Source of the DNA: an uncultured Lentisphaerota bacterium
Lineage (GTDB): Bacteria > Verrucomicrobiota > Kiritimatiellia > RFP12 > UBA1067
Assembly: GCA_900321255.1 (NCBI GenBank)
Contig: ONVK01000030.1
Coordinates: forward strand, 848 to 64,847
Length of the DNA stretch: 64,000 nucleotides
Direction: 5' to 3'
Notes under the pieces: generated by a model
The model's input: only the letters and a program-made list of their open reading frames with translations
The model's database searches: none
What the model was told of the DNA's origin: nothing
Program-made: the position numbers and the translations under genes
Shown: positions 7,687 to 14,548 of the stretch, piece after piece
How positions within the stretch are numbered: the first letter of the stretch is position 1
Layout: each line of letters opens with the position of its first letter

Positions 7687-9380
7687 AGCTTGAACATGTT
7701 CCTGTTGAACCCTGTTGTCGTCATGTTTCGCCGCGCGGGGATCGCCACCATCAGGTTCGCGACGAGATACGAGCGCAGCGACGAAGCCGTCGAGTCGGCG
7801 TCGGTTATGTCAAAGAGCTTCCCGTCGTCGCGGATCACCACCGTGATGCCGTTCGACCAGTCGACCGATATCTCCGCATGCGTCCGCCTGCCGGCGTTTC
7901 TGTCCTTTACGAGCATCAGCGTCTCCTCGATGAGCAGCGAGACGAGCCCGGACTTGCGGTCGTCCATCCCCCTGCGCGTGCCGAGGAACCTGCCGACTGT
8001 GGCGGACGCGTCGCAGATCGCCTTCGTGTCAAGCACCAGGTCGTAGACGCGCGAAGCGCGAATCCGCGCACGGTCGAGGAAAAGCGGGAACGCCCTGCGG
8101 CCACACCTGAAGGCGACATACACCGCGACGAGGCCGATGGCGGCGTAGGGACTTGCCGCGAGCGCGGACCACACGCCGCACTCGCCGAAGAGCCAGCCGG
8201 CCGCCGGAGCGAGCGCGACCGGCAGCACGAAAGTCGCGAGCGCCGTCACGCCGACGGCAAGCCCCTCTCGGACGCGGAAGGTGTAGTAGGAGTTGAGCAG
8301 CATCACAAACGCCGTGCCGACGAGCCCGAGCGAGACGATGCGCACCGCGGTGCGGGCGGCCTCGGCGAGCGACGGATCGGTGATCCCGACCATGGACACG
8401 ACGAGCTGCGGGAACGCGACGGCGAGAAGCGTAAGCACCAGCCCCTCGGCCGCGGAGACGCGCGCCGCGAGGCCCATTATGCGGCGCGTGAGGCGGTCGT
8501 TGCCCTCGCCGATGTAGACGCTCGCGAGCGGCTGCGCCGCGGTCGCGACCCCGTCGAAGGCCTCGCTCACCCCGAGTATCACGAGAACCGCGGCAAGCAC
8601 CGGAAGCCTGCCTTCGCCGAAACGCGAAATGATGTAGAGGTTGAGCATCAGCGTGAGACCCGCCTGGCAGAGGCGTATGCTCGCGTCGCCGAGCGCGCAC
8701 GCGCAGATTCGCCCGGTGTCCGCAAGCGAGAAATGCCGCACGAACGCCATCGAGTTCTCCTCTCGGCGAAGGTGCATAAGGAGGACGCACAGCGCCATGA
8801 GGTGCCCGACCGTCGTGCCGATGGCGCACCCTGTGTAGCCGTAGCGCATCGTGAGCGGAATGGATAGCGCGCAGTTGCCGAGAAGCTGCGCGATGTAGGC
8901 GCCGGCGCATACACGCCCGTCGCCGTCGGCATAGCCCATGGACGAAAAGTAGAACGACAGCGGCTCGAGAACCGCGCACGGGAGAAACCACACCCAGTAC
9001 TCTCGAGCGCCGGCCAGCACCGCGCCGGATACGCCGAACGCCGCGGTCGCGGCGTTGCGCGAAAGCGCGAGCGCGCCCATGAGGAGAAGCCCGAACCCGA
9101 GCGCAGACCAGAGGCCCTGGGTCAGCAGTTCGCTCGCGCGCCTGCGGTCGAAGCGCCCCATCTCCATCGCGTAGAGGACGCTCGTCCCTGTTCCGACCAG
9201 CAGCGCGACGAAAGACACGACGTTGAACATCGGCTGCATCAGGTTTATGACGGAAAGCCCTTCCTCGCCTATGATCTGCCCGCAGATGACGCTGTCGGAA
9301 AGCCCCATCAGGTACTCCGCCGCCATCGCGAAAGTCGCGGTGGGAAGGAATCTGGCGAACTTGTTGGCGGCAAAGGTCAT
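7683..9380 (-). CDS. MATE-family transporter fused to a C-terminal degenerate RsbW-like (HATPase_c-type) domain
   Basis: About 440 aa with ~12 TM helices and a MATE-like N-terminus (AAEYLMGLSDSVICGQIIGEEGLSVINL). The C-terminal ~120 aa (LVSLLIEETLMLVK...GITVVIRDDGKLFDIT) parallels the kinase domain of the 4943..6976 product, but the G-box is replaced (ASSLRSYLVAN). Confidence 0.7.
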   Translation of the reverse strand: MTFAANKFARFLPTATFAMAAEYLMGLSDSVICGQIIGEEGLSVINLMQPMFNVVSFVALLVGTGTSVLYAMEMGRFDRRRASELLTQGLWSALGFGLLLMGALALSRNAATAAFGVSGAVLAGAREYWVWFLPCAVLEPLSFYFSSMGYADGDGRVCAGAYIAQLLGNCALSIPLTMRYGYTGCAIGTTVGHLMALCVLLMHLRREENSMAFVRHFSLADTGRICACALGDASIRLCQAGLTLMLNLYIISRFGEGRLPVLAAVLVILGVSEAFDGVATAAQPLASVYIGEGNDRLTRRIMGLAARVSAAEGLVLTLLAVAFPQLVVSMVGITDPSLAEAARTAVRIVSLGLVGTAFVMLLNSYYTFRVREGLAVGVTALATFVLPVALAPAAGWLFGECGVWSALAASPYAAIGLVAVYVAFRCGRRAFPLFLDRARIRASRVYDLVLDTKAICDASATVGRFLGTRRGMDDRKSGLVSLLIEETLMLVKDRNAGRRTHAEISVDWSNGITVVIRDDGKLFDITDADSTASSLRSYLVANLMVAIPARRNMTTTGFNRNMFKL

Positions 9381-9395
9381 AGTTTCCTGTTTGGG

Positions 9396-9404
9396 ATTAT
9401 ACCA
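9396..9404 (-). promoter_or_regulatory. extended -10 box TGGTATAAT upstream of the MATE gene
   Basis: The minus strand reads TTTGGTATAAT, followed by 15 nt containing AGGAAA and then ATG 9380. Confidence 0.45.
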
Positions 9405-9432
9405 AATAGCGCCTCTTTAGTGTGGAATTTCT

Positions 9433-11091
9433 TCATCCGTTGTATCGTACGATCAGCTGCGTGCAGTCGTCCGCCTGCTCCACAAGCCCGCCGTACGCGA
9501 CGACAGCGTGGAAGACGGCGCGCAGCAGAGGCGACGAACCGCCTTCGACAGCCGCGACGCCGTTCGAGAGCATCGACTCAAGCGAGAAGCGCAGCCTCTC
9601 CTCGCCGAACAGGTCTCCGCGCTCGTCGGGTTGCTCTGTGATTCCGTCCGTGTAGAGGTAGATCGCCTCGCCGGGACGGAGCGTCAGCTCGTGCGACTTG
9701 TACGTGATCCCCTCCATCGCGCCGAGCATCAGGCCCGACCTGTCGCGGACGAACTCCGGCGCGGAGCCGGACGAAGTCCGGATCGGCGGGTTGTGCCCCG
9801 CGTTCACGAAGGTGACGACGCCAGTCGTCAGGTTCAGCTCGCCAAGCCACGCCGTGACGAACATGTTCGCGTCGTTGTCGCGGCTCAGCGCGTCGTTCGC
9901 CCTCTCGGCGACCTCGGCGAGCGGAAGCCCCGTCTGGGCGATCCCCTTGATCGTGGTCTTCGCGCGCATCATGTACAGCGCCGCGGGAACGCCCTTCCCG
10001 CTGACGTCCGCAATCATGAACATGAACCTGTCGGAGGTGATGAAGTAGAAGTCGTAGAAGTCGCCGCCTATGTCGCGCGCCGCCTGCATCGTCGCCACGA
10101 TGTCCATCCTCGTCTCGTCGGGGAAAGGCGGGAAGACGCGCGGAATCGCGCTCTCCTGGATGTTCGTGGCCATCTCCATCTCGTGCTTGCGCTGGGCGGC
10201 GAGCTGGTCGCGCACGTAGTGCGCGATCACGAGCCCCACGAGGATCGCCGCGAGTATCAGGGCCATTCCGTTCAGGAACGCGGAGGTCGCCACAAGGACC
10301 CGCCTCTCGACGACCGCCGTCCTCTTCGGAATCACGACGTATACGGGGAAGCCCTCGAACATGCGCTTCTCCCAGTAGTTATCCTCGCCGGGGTCGCGCC
10401 ACTGCCCGCCCTCCTGCCCCGCAACTGGATGGGAGATGATCGTCCCGTTGTCGGTCGTTATGAAGATGCCACCCTCGTCTCCGCTCACGTGCCAGCCGTG
10501 CGTGAGGCCGGTGAGGGCGGAGCGCGCAAGGTTGCGGAGGGCCTTCTCCCGTGCGCCGACGAGCACAAATCCGCCTTCGGGCATCCAGACCCCGACGTAC
10601 TTGATCTTCTCGCCGCGGAGCGTGCTCGGAAGAGGCGGCTGCGCAAGCTCGAACCCTTCCGTCAGAAGCGACGCAAACTCGTGCGCCTGGCCCTCGGCCG
10701 TGTTGAAGTTCAGCGCCCCGACCTCTTCGCGTCGCGCACTGTGGGAGAGATTTCCGTCCGCATCCGCTATGCATATCTCGTCCACCCCGAGTTCGTCCGC
10801 GAGCGCGCGGAGGCGCCTGCTCGACTCGTCAGGGTCGTTCCACCACGGCTGCCCCTGCATCTCGTAGACTTTGTCGCGCACCACCATCGCCTGGCGGAAC
10901 ATGCGCGCGTCCACGCGCTCGCGTATATCCACCGCCACGTCGCTGAACACATTGTCGATGAGGTGCTTCGTGTCGCGCCATGTAAGCTGCTCGTGAAGCA
11001 TCCACGTAAGCACGAGCGAGGCGACGAACGCAAGCGCAACGGCGCCGACGAGACGCCGCGCGAGCTTGCGCTGTGCAGTTCCCATCACCAT
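9433..11091 (-). CDS. membrane sensor: periplasmic Cache-like domain + PP2C/SpoIIE phosphatase (paralogue of 4943..6976 without the kinase domain)
   Basis: DIGGDFYDF, MIADVSGKGVPAALYM, TDGITE. The periplasmic domain aligns with its paralogue (YVGVWMPEGGFVLVG vs FIGVWMPSTGGFVEIG). An alternative ATG lies at 11085. Confidence 0.85.
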   Translation of the reverse strand: MVMGTAQRKLARRLVGAVALAFVASLVLTWMLHEQLTWRDTKHLIDNVFSDVAVDIRERVDARMFRQAMVVRDKVYEMQGQPWWNDPDESSRRLRALADELGVDEICIADADGNLSHSARREEVGALNFNTAEGQAHEFASLLTEGFELAQPPLPSTLRGEKIKYVGVWMPEGGFVLVGAREKALRNLARSALTGLTHGWHVSGDEGGIFITTDNGTIISHPVAGQEGGQWRDPGEDNYWEKRMFEGFPVYVVIPKRTAVVERRVLVATSAFLNGMALILAAILVGLVIAHYVRDQLAAQRKHEMEMATNIQESAIPRVFPPFPDETRMDIVATMQAARDIGGDFYDFYFITSDRFMFMIADVSGKGVPAALYMMRAKTTIKGIAQTGLPLAEVAERANDALSRDNDANMFVTAWLGELNLTTGVVTFVNAGHNPPIRTSSGSAPEFVRDRSGLMLGAMEGITYKSHELTLRPGEAIYLYTDGITEQPDERGDLFGEERLRFSLESMLSNGVAAVEGGSSPLLRAVFHAVVAYGGLVEQADDCTQLIVRYNG

Positions 11092-11831
11092 CTGCGCCGC
11101 CTCCTCTTGCCGGCCGTTATCACCATGTCGAGCGCCTTCTTGAGCCGCGTGTCGCCCTTGCGCACGGCTATGCCGAAGTTCTCGCGCGTCTCGAGGCGGG
11201 ACGCGGCGAATTCGCCGTTCGAGTTCTCCGCGTCTATGCGAACCGCGCAGCTGTCGAAGAACATCGCGTCGAGCCGCTTCGCCTTGAGGTCATCCATCGC
11301 ATCGACGTAGGAGCCGTAGCGGACGGGATCGAGCCCATGCGAGGTCAGGTAGAAGTCGTAGGTCGACGCATCCATCGTGCCGATGCGCATCTTCTCGGCG
11401 CGGATCATCGTCGGCATCTCCTCTCCCGCGCGGTAGAGGAACATCCCTCCCTCCGTCGCGTAGGGAACCGTGAAGTCCACGGTCTGCAGCCTGCCCTCAG
11501 TGATCGTTATGCCGGACGCGGCCATATCGGCCTCCCCTGCGCTTACCATGGTCAGCAGGTTCGGGAACTTCTCCTTGCGTATCTCGAGCTTGCACCCAAG
11601 CTTTGCCGCCGCCGCGCGCGCGATGTCTATTTCCAGACCGACTATCTCGCCCGTCTCGTCGTCGCAGTAGGAATACGGGCGGGTGTCAGTCGTGGTGACG
11701 AGCAAAAGCACGTTGTTCGTGCGGGCGGGAGGAGGAGGCGGCGCGTCAGCGTCGCGCCCGCTGCATCCGGCGGAAAGCATCGCGGCGAGAACGAGCGCCG
11801 CAGCCGACAGTGTATAGACTCCTCCCCTCAT
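11085..11831 (-). CDS. lipoprotein, family-3 solute-binding protein (second copy)
   Basis: Lipobox MLSAGCSG. IVGLEIDIARAAAAKLG...DMAASGITITEGR..DFTVPY. The stop overlaps the start of the downstream PP2C sensor. Confidence 0.8.
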   Translation of the reverse strand: MRGGVYTLSAAALVLAAMLSAGCSGRDADAPPPPPARTNNVLLLVTTTDTRPYSYCDDETGEIVGLEIDIARAAAAKLGCKLEIRKEKFPNLLTMVSAGEADMAASGITITEGRLQTVDFTVPYATEGGMFLYRAGEEMPTMIRAEKMRIGTMDASTYDFYLTSHGLDPVRYGSYVDAMDDLKAKRLDAMFFDSCAVRIDAENSNGEFAASRLETRENFGIAVRKGDTRLKKALDMVITAGKRRRRRW

Positions 11832-11853
11832 CTACCAGTATCGCCTGAAGCGG

Positions 11854-12474
11854 TCAGAGGGTGCCGAAAATGCGGTCGCCGGCATCGCCAAGACCAGGAA
11901 CGATGTAGAAATGGCTGTTCAGGCGCTCGTCTTTGGCCGCGGTGAACACAGGGACGTCGGGATGCTCCTTCTCGACCTTCGCAATGCCCTCCGGCGCGGC
12001 AATGAGGTTGAGGAAGACGATTCGCCTGTAGCCGAGCTTCTTGAGCTGGGCGAACGCATCGCACGCGCTCCCGCCCGTCGCGAGCATCGGGTCGATCACG
12101 ATCGCGAGCTCGTCGTTCTTCGCCGGCGGAACTTTCGCGTAGTACGGAATCGGCTCGGCCGTCGCCTCGTTGCGCTGCATGCCGAGAACGCCGACCTTCG
12201 CGTACGGAAGGACGTGCAGCATCGCGTCGAGCATGCCCATTCCGGCGCGGAGAATCGGGACGATCACAATGGAGTCCTCGATCTTCACGCCCGTCGTCTT
12301 CGCGACAGGGGTCGTGACCGGGATCTCGACGGTCCGCAGGTCCTTGAGACTCTCGATTGCAAGAAATTCCGTTATCTCGTTTACGAGCTCGCGAAACTGC
12401 TTCGGCTTTGTGTTGATGTCGCGCATAAGCGTGACGCGGTGCTTTACAAGTGGATGGTTCAGGACTGTATGCAT
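11854..12474 (-). CDS. upp: uracil phosphoribosyltransferase
   Basis: 206 aa. ILRAGMGM, VIDPMLATGGS, YIVPGLGDAGDRIFGT. Confidence 0.92.
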   Translation of the reverse strand: MHTVLNHPLVKHRVTLMRDINTKPKQFRELVNEITEFLAIESLKDLRTVEIPVTTPVAKTTGVKIEDSIVIVPILRAGMGMLDAMLHVLPYAKVGVLGMQRNEATAEPIPYYAKVPPAKNDELAIVIDPMLATGGSACDAFAQLKKLGYRRIVFLNLIAAPEGIAKVEKEHPDVPVFTAAKDERLNSHFYIVPGLGDAGDRIFGTL

Positions 12475-12480
12475 AAGAGA

Positions 12481-12606
12481 GTTTAAAGTTTAAAGTTCAA
12501 AGTTCAAAGTTTAAAGTTGGAAGTTGGGAGTTGAGAATTGAAAGTTGAGAGTTGAGAGTTTGATGTTTGGTCTTTAAAGTTTAGGTTTGAAGTTCGAAGA
12601 TTTTGA
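12481..12606. repeat. tandem heptanucleotide array, about 18 units (GTTTAAA/GTTCAAA/GTTGAGA...)
   Basis: Phase-7 periodicity was read directly from 12481 to 12606. The array lies between the pilD stop and the upp start, and is AT-rich in an otherwise GC-rich window. Confidence 0.9.
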
Positions 12607-12619
12607 GGCTTACGGTGCT

Positions 12620-12627
12620 ATTATACA
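12620..12627 (-). promoter_or_regulatory. possible -10 box (TGTATAAT) for upp, upstream of the heptamer array
   Basis: The minus strand reads ATGTATAAT directly after the pilD stop codon. If used, the heptamer array would be the ~140-nt upp leader. Confidence 0.3.
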
Positions 12628-13536
12628 TTAAGGAACGACGAGACGCAAATACCAATCCACAAGCTGCGGACCGAAGAACATCCACGAAAGACACCCTATG
12701 CAGATGTACGGCCCATACGGTATTGGCGTAAAACCACCAAGTTTTGTCTTGGAAAGAAGAATTAACGACACACCGACGACGCTACCGACGACCGAGGAGA
12801 GGATGAGAGTCACAAGAACCGCAATCGGTCCGAAGAGCGCACCGACCGCCCCCATAAGGAATACGTCGCCCATTCCCATGGCCTCGCGCTTGAACGCCTT
12901 CGAGCCCACCCAGCGCACAAACCAGAGGAGTCCGAAGCCAAAGACAAGGCCACTTATGGAGTACGCGAGCGGGAAGTACATCCTCAAGTCGGAGAAGTCG
13001 AACGCGAAGTTTCGAGTGCTTGCGCTGACGAACGTCCAGAACAGGACGCCGAGCACCATTCCTCCGACCGTCGTGAAGTCGGGGAGAAGCTGGTGGTCGA
13101 AGTCGATAAACGAACCGGCAATCATCAACGATATCCAAATCCACCAGACAAGCAGGATGATGATTCCAGCAATGTAGGTGACCTGCCCGAACGGAGCGAC
13201 GACCGGCTTCCCGTCGCCGCCGAACAGATGCAAGAACACCGCAAGGAACAGCAGACCGCCCAGGAGCTCCACGAAGATATACCGCGGCGAAATCGGCGCA
13301 CGGCAGTTGGCGCACTTGCCCCTGAGCGCAAGCCACGAGAGGATCGGAATGTTCTGGTACCACCTGATCGGCGAGTTGCACTTCGGGCAGTGCGACGGCG
13401 GGGAGACGATCGACTCGCCCCTTGGCGCGCGCCAGATGACGACGTTGAGGAACGACGCAATGCACGCCCCCAGCCAAAAGCTGAAAAACGCCAATATCGG
13501 CATAAGTTCTTTTAGGATGTTGGCGTGCTGATTCAT
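12628..13536 (-). CDS. pilD: prepilin peptidase / N-methyltransferase (peptidase A24)
   Basis: CPKCNSPIRWYQNIPILSW...GKCANC zinc-finger-like motif, GMGDVFLMGAVG active-site region, polytopic membrane protein. Confidence 0.88.
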   Translation of the reverse strand: MNQHANILKELMPILAFFSFWLGACIASFLNVVIWRAPRGESIVSPPSHCPKCNSPIRWYQNIPILSWLALRGKCANCRAPISPRYIFVELLGGLLFLAVFLHLFGGDGKPVVAPFGQVTYIAGIIILLVWWIWISLMIAGSFIDFDHQLLPDFTTVGGMVLGVLFWTFVSASTRNFAFDFSDLRMYFPLAYSISGLVFGFGLLWFVRWVGSKAFKREAMGMGDVFLMGAVGALFGPIAVLVTLILSSVVGSVVGVSLILLSKTKLGGFTPIPYGPYICIGCLSWMFFGPQLVDWYLRLVVP

Positions 13537-13537
13537 G

Positions 13538-14524
13538 TCACTCGCTCTTCAGTTCGCGGCCCATCATCGACTCGACGGCCTTCCGGGCGTCGAAGTCCTC
13601 GTAGCAAAGCGCGTAGACGAGATCGCAGATGGGCATCTCGACGCCAAGCTTCGCGGCAAGGTCGTGGACAACCTTCGAGTTCCAGACGCCTTCGGCCACC
13701 ATCTGCATCGAGCCGAGAATGTCCTTTATCTTCTCGCCCTTCCCAAGCCGCTCGCCGACGGAATGGTTTCGCGAGTGGACCGATGTGCAAGTGACGATGA
13801 GATCGCCTATCCCGGCGAGCCCGGAAAGCGTCTCGGGCTTACCGCCGTAGGCGAGCACGAAGCGCTTCATCTCAGCGAGACCGCGCGTGATGAGCGCGGC
13901 CCTCGTGTTGTCGCCGAAGCCCATGCCGTCGGAGCAGCCGACGGCAATCGCGATGACGTTCTTGACGGCGCCGCCTATCTCTACGCCGACCGGATCGGGC
14001 GAAGTGTAGACGCGGAACTTGGGGCCAGACCAGACGCGCTGGACCTTCTTCGCCTTCTCCTCGTCCTCGCACGCGGCGACGATTGTAGTCGGAATCCCTC
14101 GGCTCACCTCCTCGGCGTGAGTCGGCCCTGCGAGCGCGACTACGCTCTTTATCCCGAGTATCTCCTTCGCGAGCTCCGTCATGCGCTTGTTTGACGATTC
14201 GCAAAGCCCCTTCGTGAGCGAGACGACGAGCTGGTCGTCGGTTATGAGACCCCTGAAGCCCTCCATCACCGACGCAAAGAACTTGCTCGGCGGCGCGAGA
14301 ACGACGATTTCGGCGCCCTTCACCGCCTCTTCGCGGTCGGAAGTAAGCTTCAGCGCGTCGGGCAGAACGACGCCCTTCAGGAACTTCTCGTTTCTCCTGG
14401 TGCGGCGCTGCTCCTCTATGTAGTCCGGGAACGCGCCCCATACCGTCACGTCATGCCCATAGCCAACGAGAAGCAGCGCATTCGCCGTTCCCCATCCACC
14501 ATCGCCAATCACCGCAATTTTCAT
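13538..14524 (-). CDS. gpsA: NAD(P)H-dependent glycerol-3-phosphate dehydrogenase
   Basis: MKIAVIGDGGWGTA..., GPTHAEEV, KNVIAIAVG, consistent with the GpsA family. Confidence 0.9.
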   Translation of the reverse strand: MKIAVIGDGGWGTANALLLVGYGHDVTVWGAFPDYIEEQRRTRRNEKFLKGVVLPDALKLTSDREEAVKGAEIVVLAPPSKFFASVMEGFRGLITDDQLVVSLTKGLCESSNKRMTELAKEILGIKSVVALAGPTHAEEVSRGIPTTIVAACEDEEKAKKVQRVWSGPKFRVYTSPDPVGVEIGGAVKNVIAIAVGCSDGMGFGDNTRAALITRGLAEMKRFVLAYGGKPETLSGLAGIGDLIVTCTSVHSRNHSVGERLGKGEKIKDILGSMQMVAEGVWNSKVVHDLAAKLGVEMPICDLVYALCYEDFDARKAVESMMGRELKSE

Positions 14525-14530
14525 GCGTAT

Positions 14531-14539
14531 ATTATACCA
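14531..14539 (-). promoter_or_regulatory. extended -10 box TGGTATAAT, 6 nt from the gpsA ATG (leaderless arrangement)
   Basis: The minus strand reads TTGGTATAAT-ATACGC-ATG. Confidence 0.5.
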
Positions 14540-14548
14540 AATTCCACC

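Noticed and set aside
9508-11310. 600-aa ORF on the plus strand
   Set aside because: It is antisense to the clearly recognisable PP2C sensor and SBP genes. Its composition is dominated by R/A/H/D/E/L, as expected for a GC-rich shadow frame, and it has no recognisable motifs.
12481-12606. Possible CRISPR array or replication-origin-like repeat cluster
   Set aside because: The units are only 7 nt long, directly abutting, with no spacers and no cas genes. No DnaA-box-like 9-mers were seen. It is a simple tandem heptamer array.
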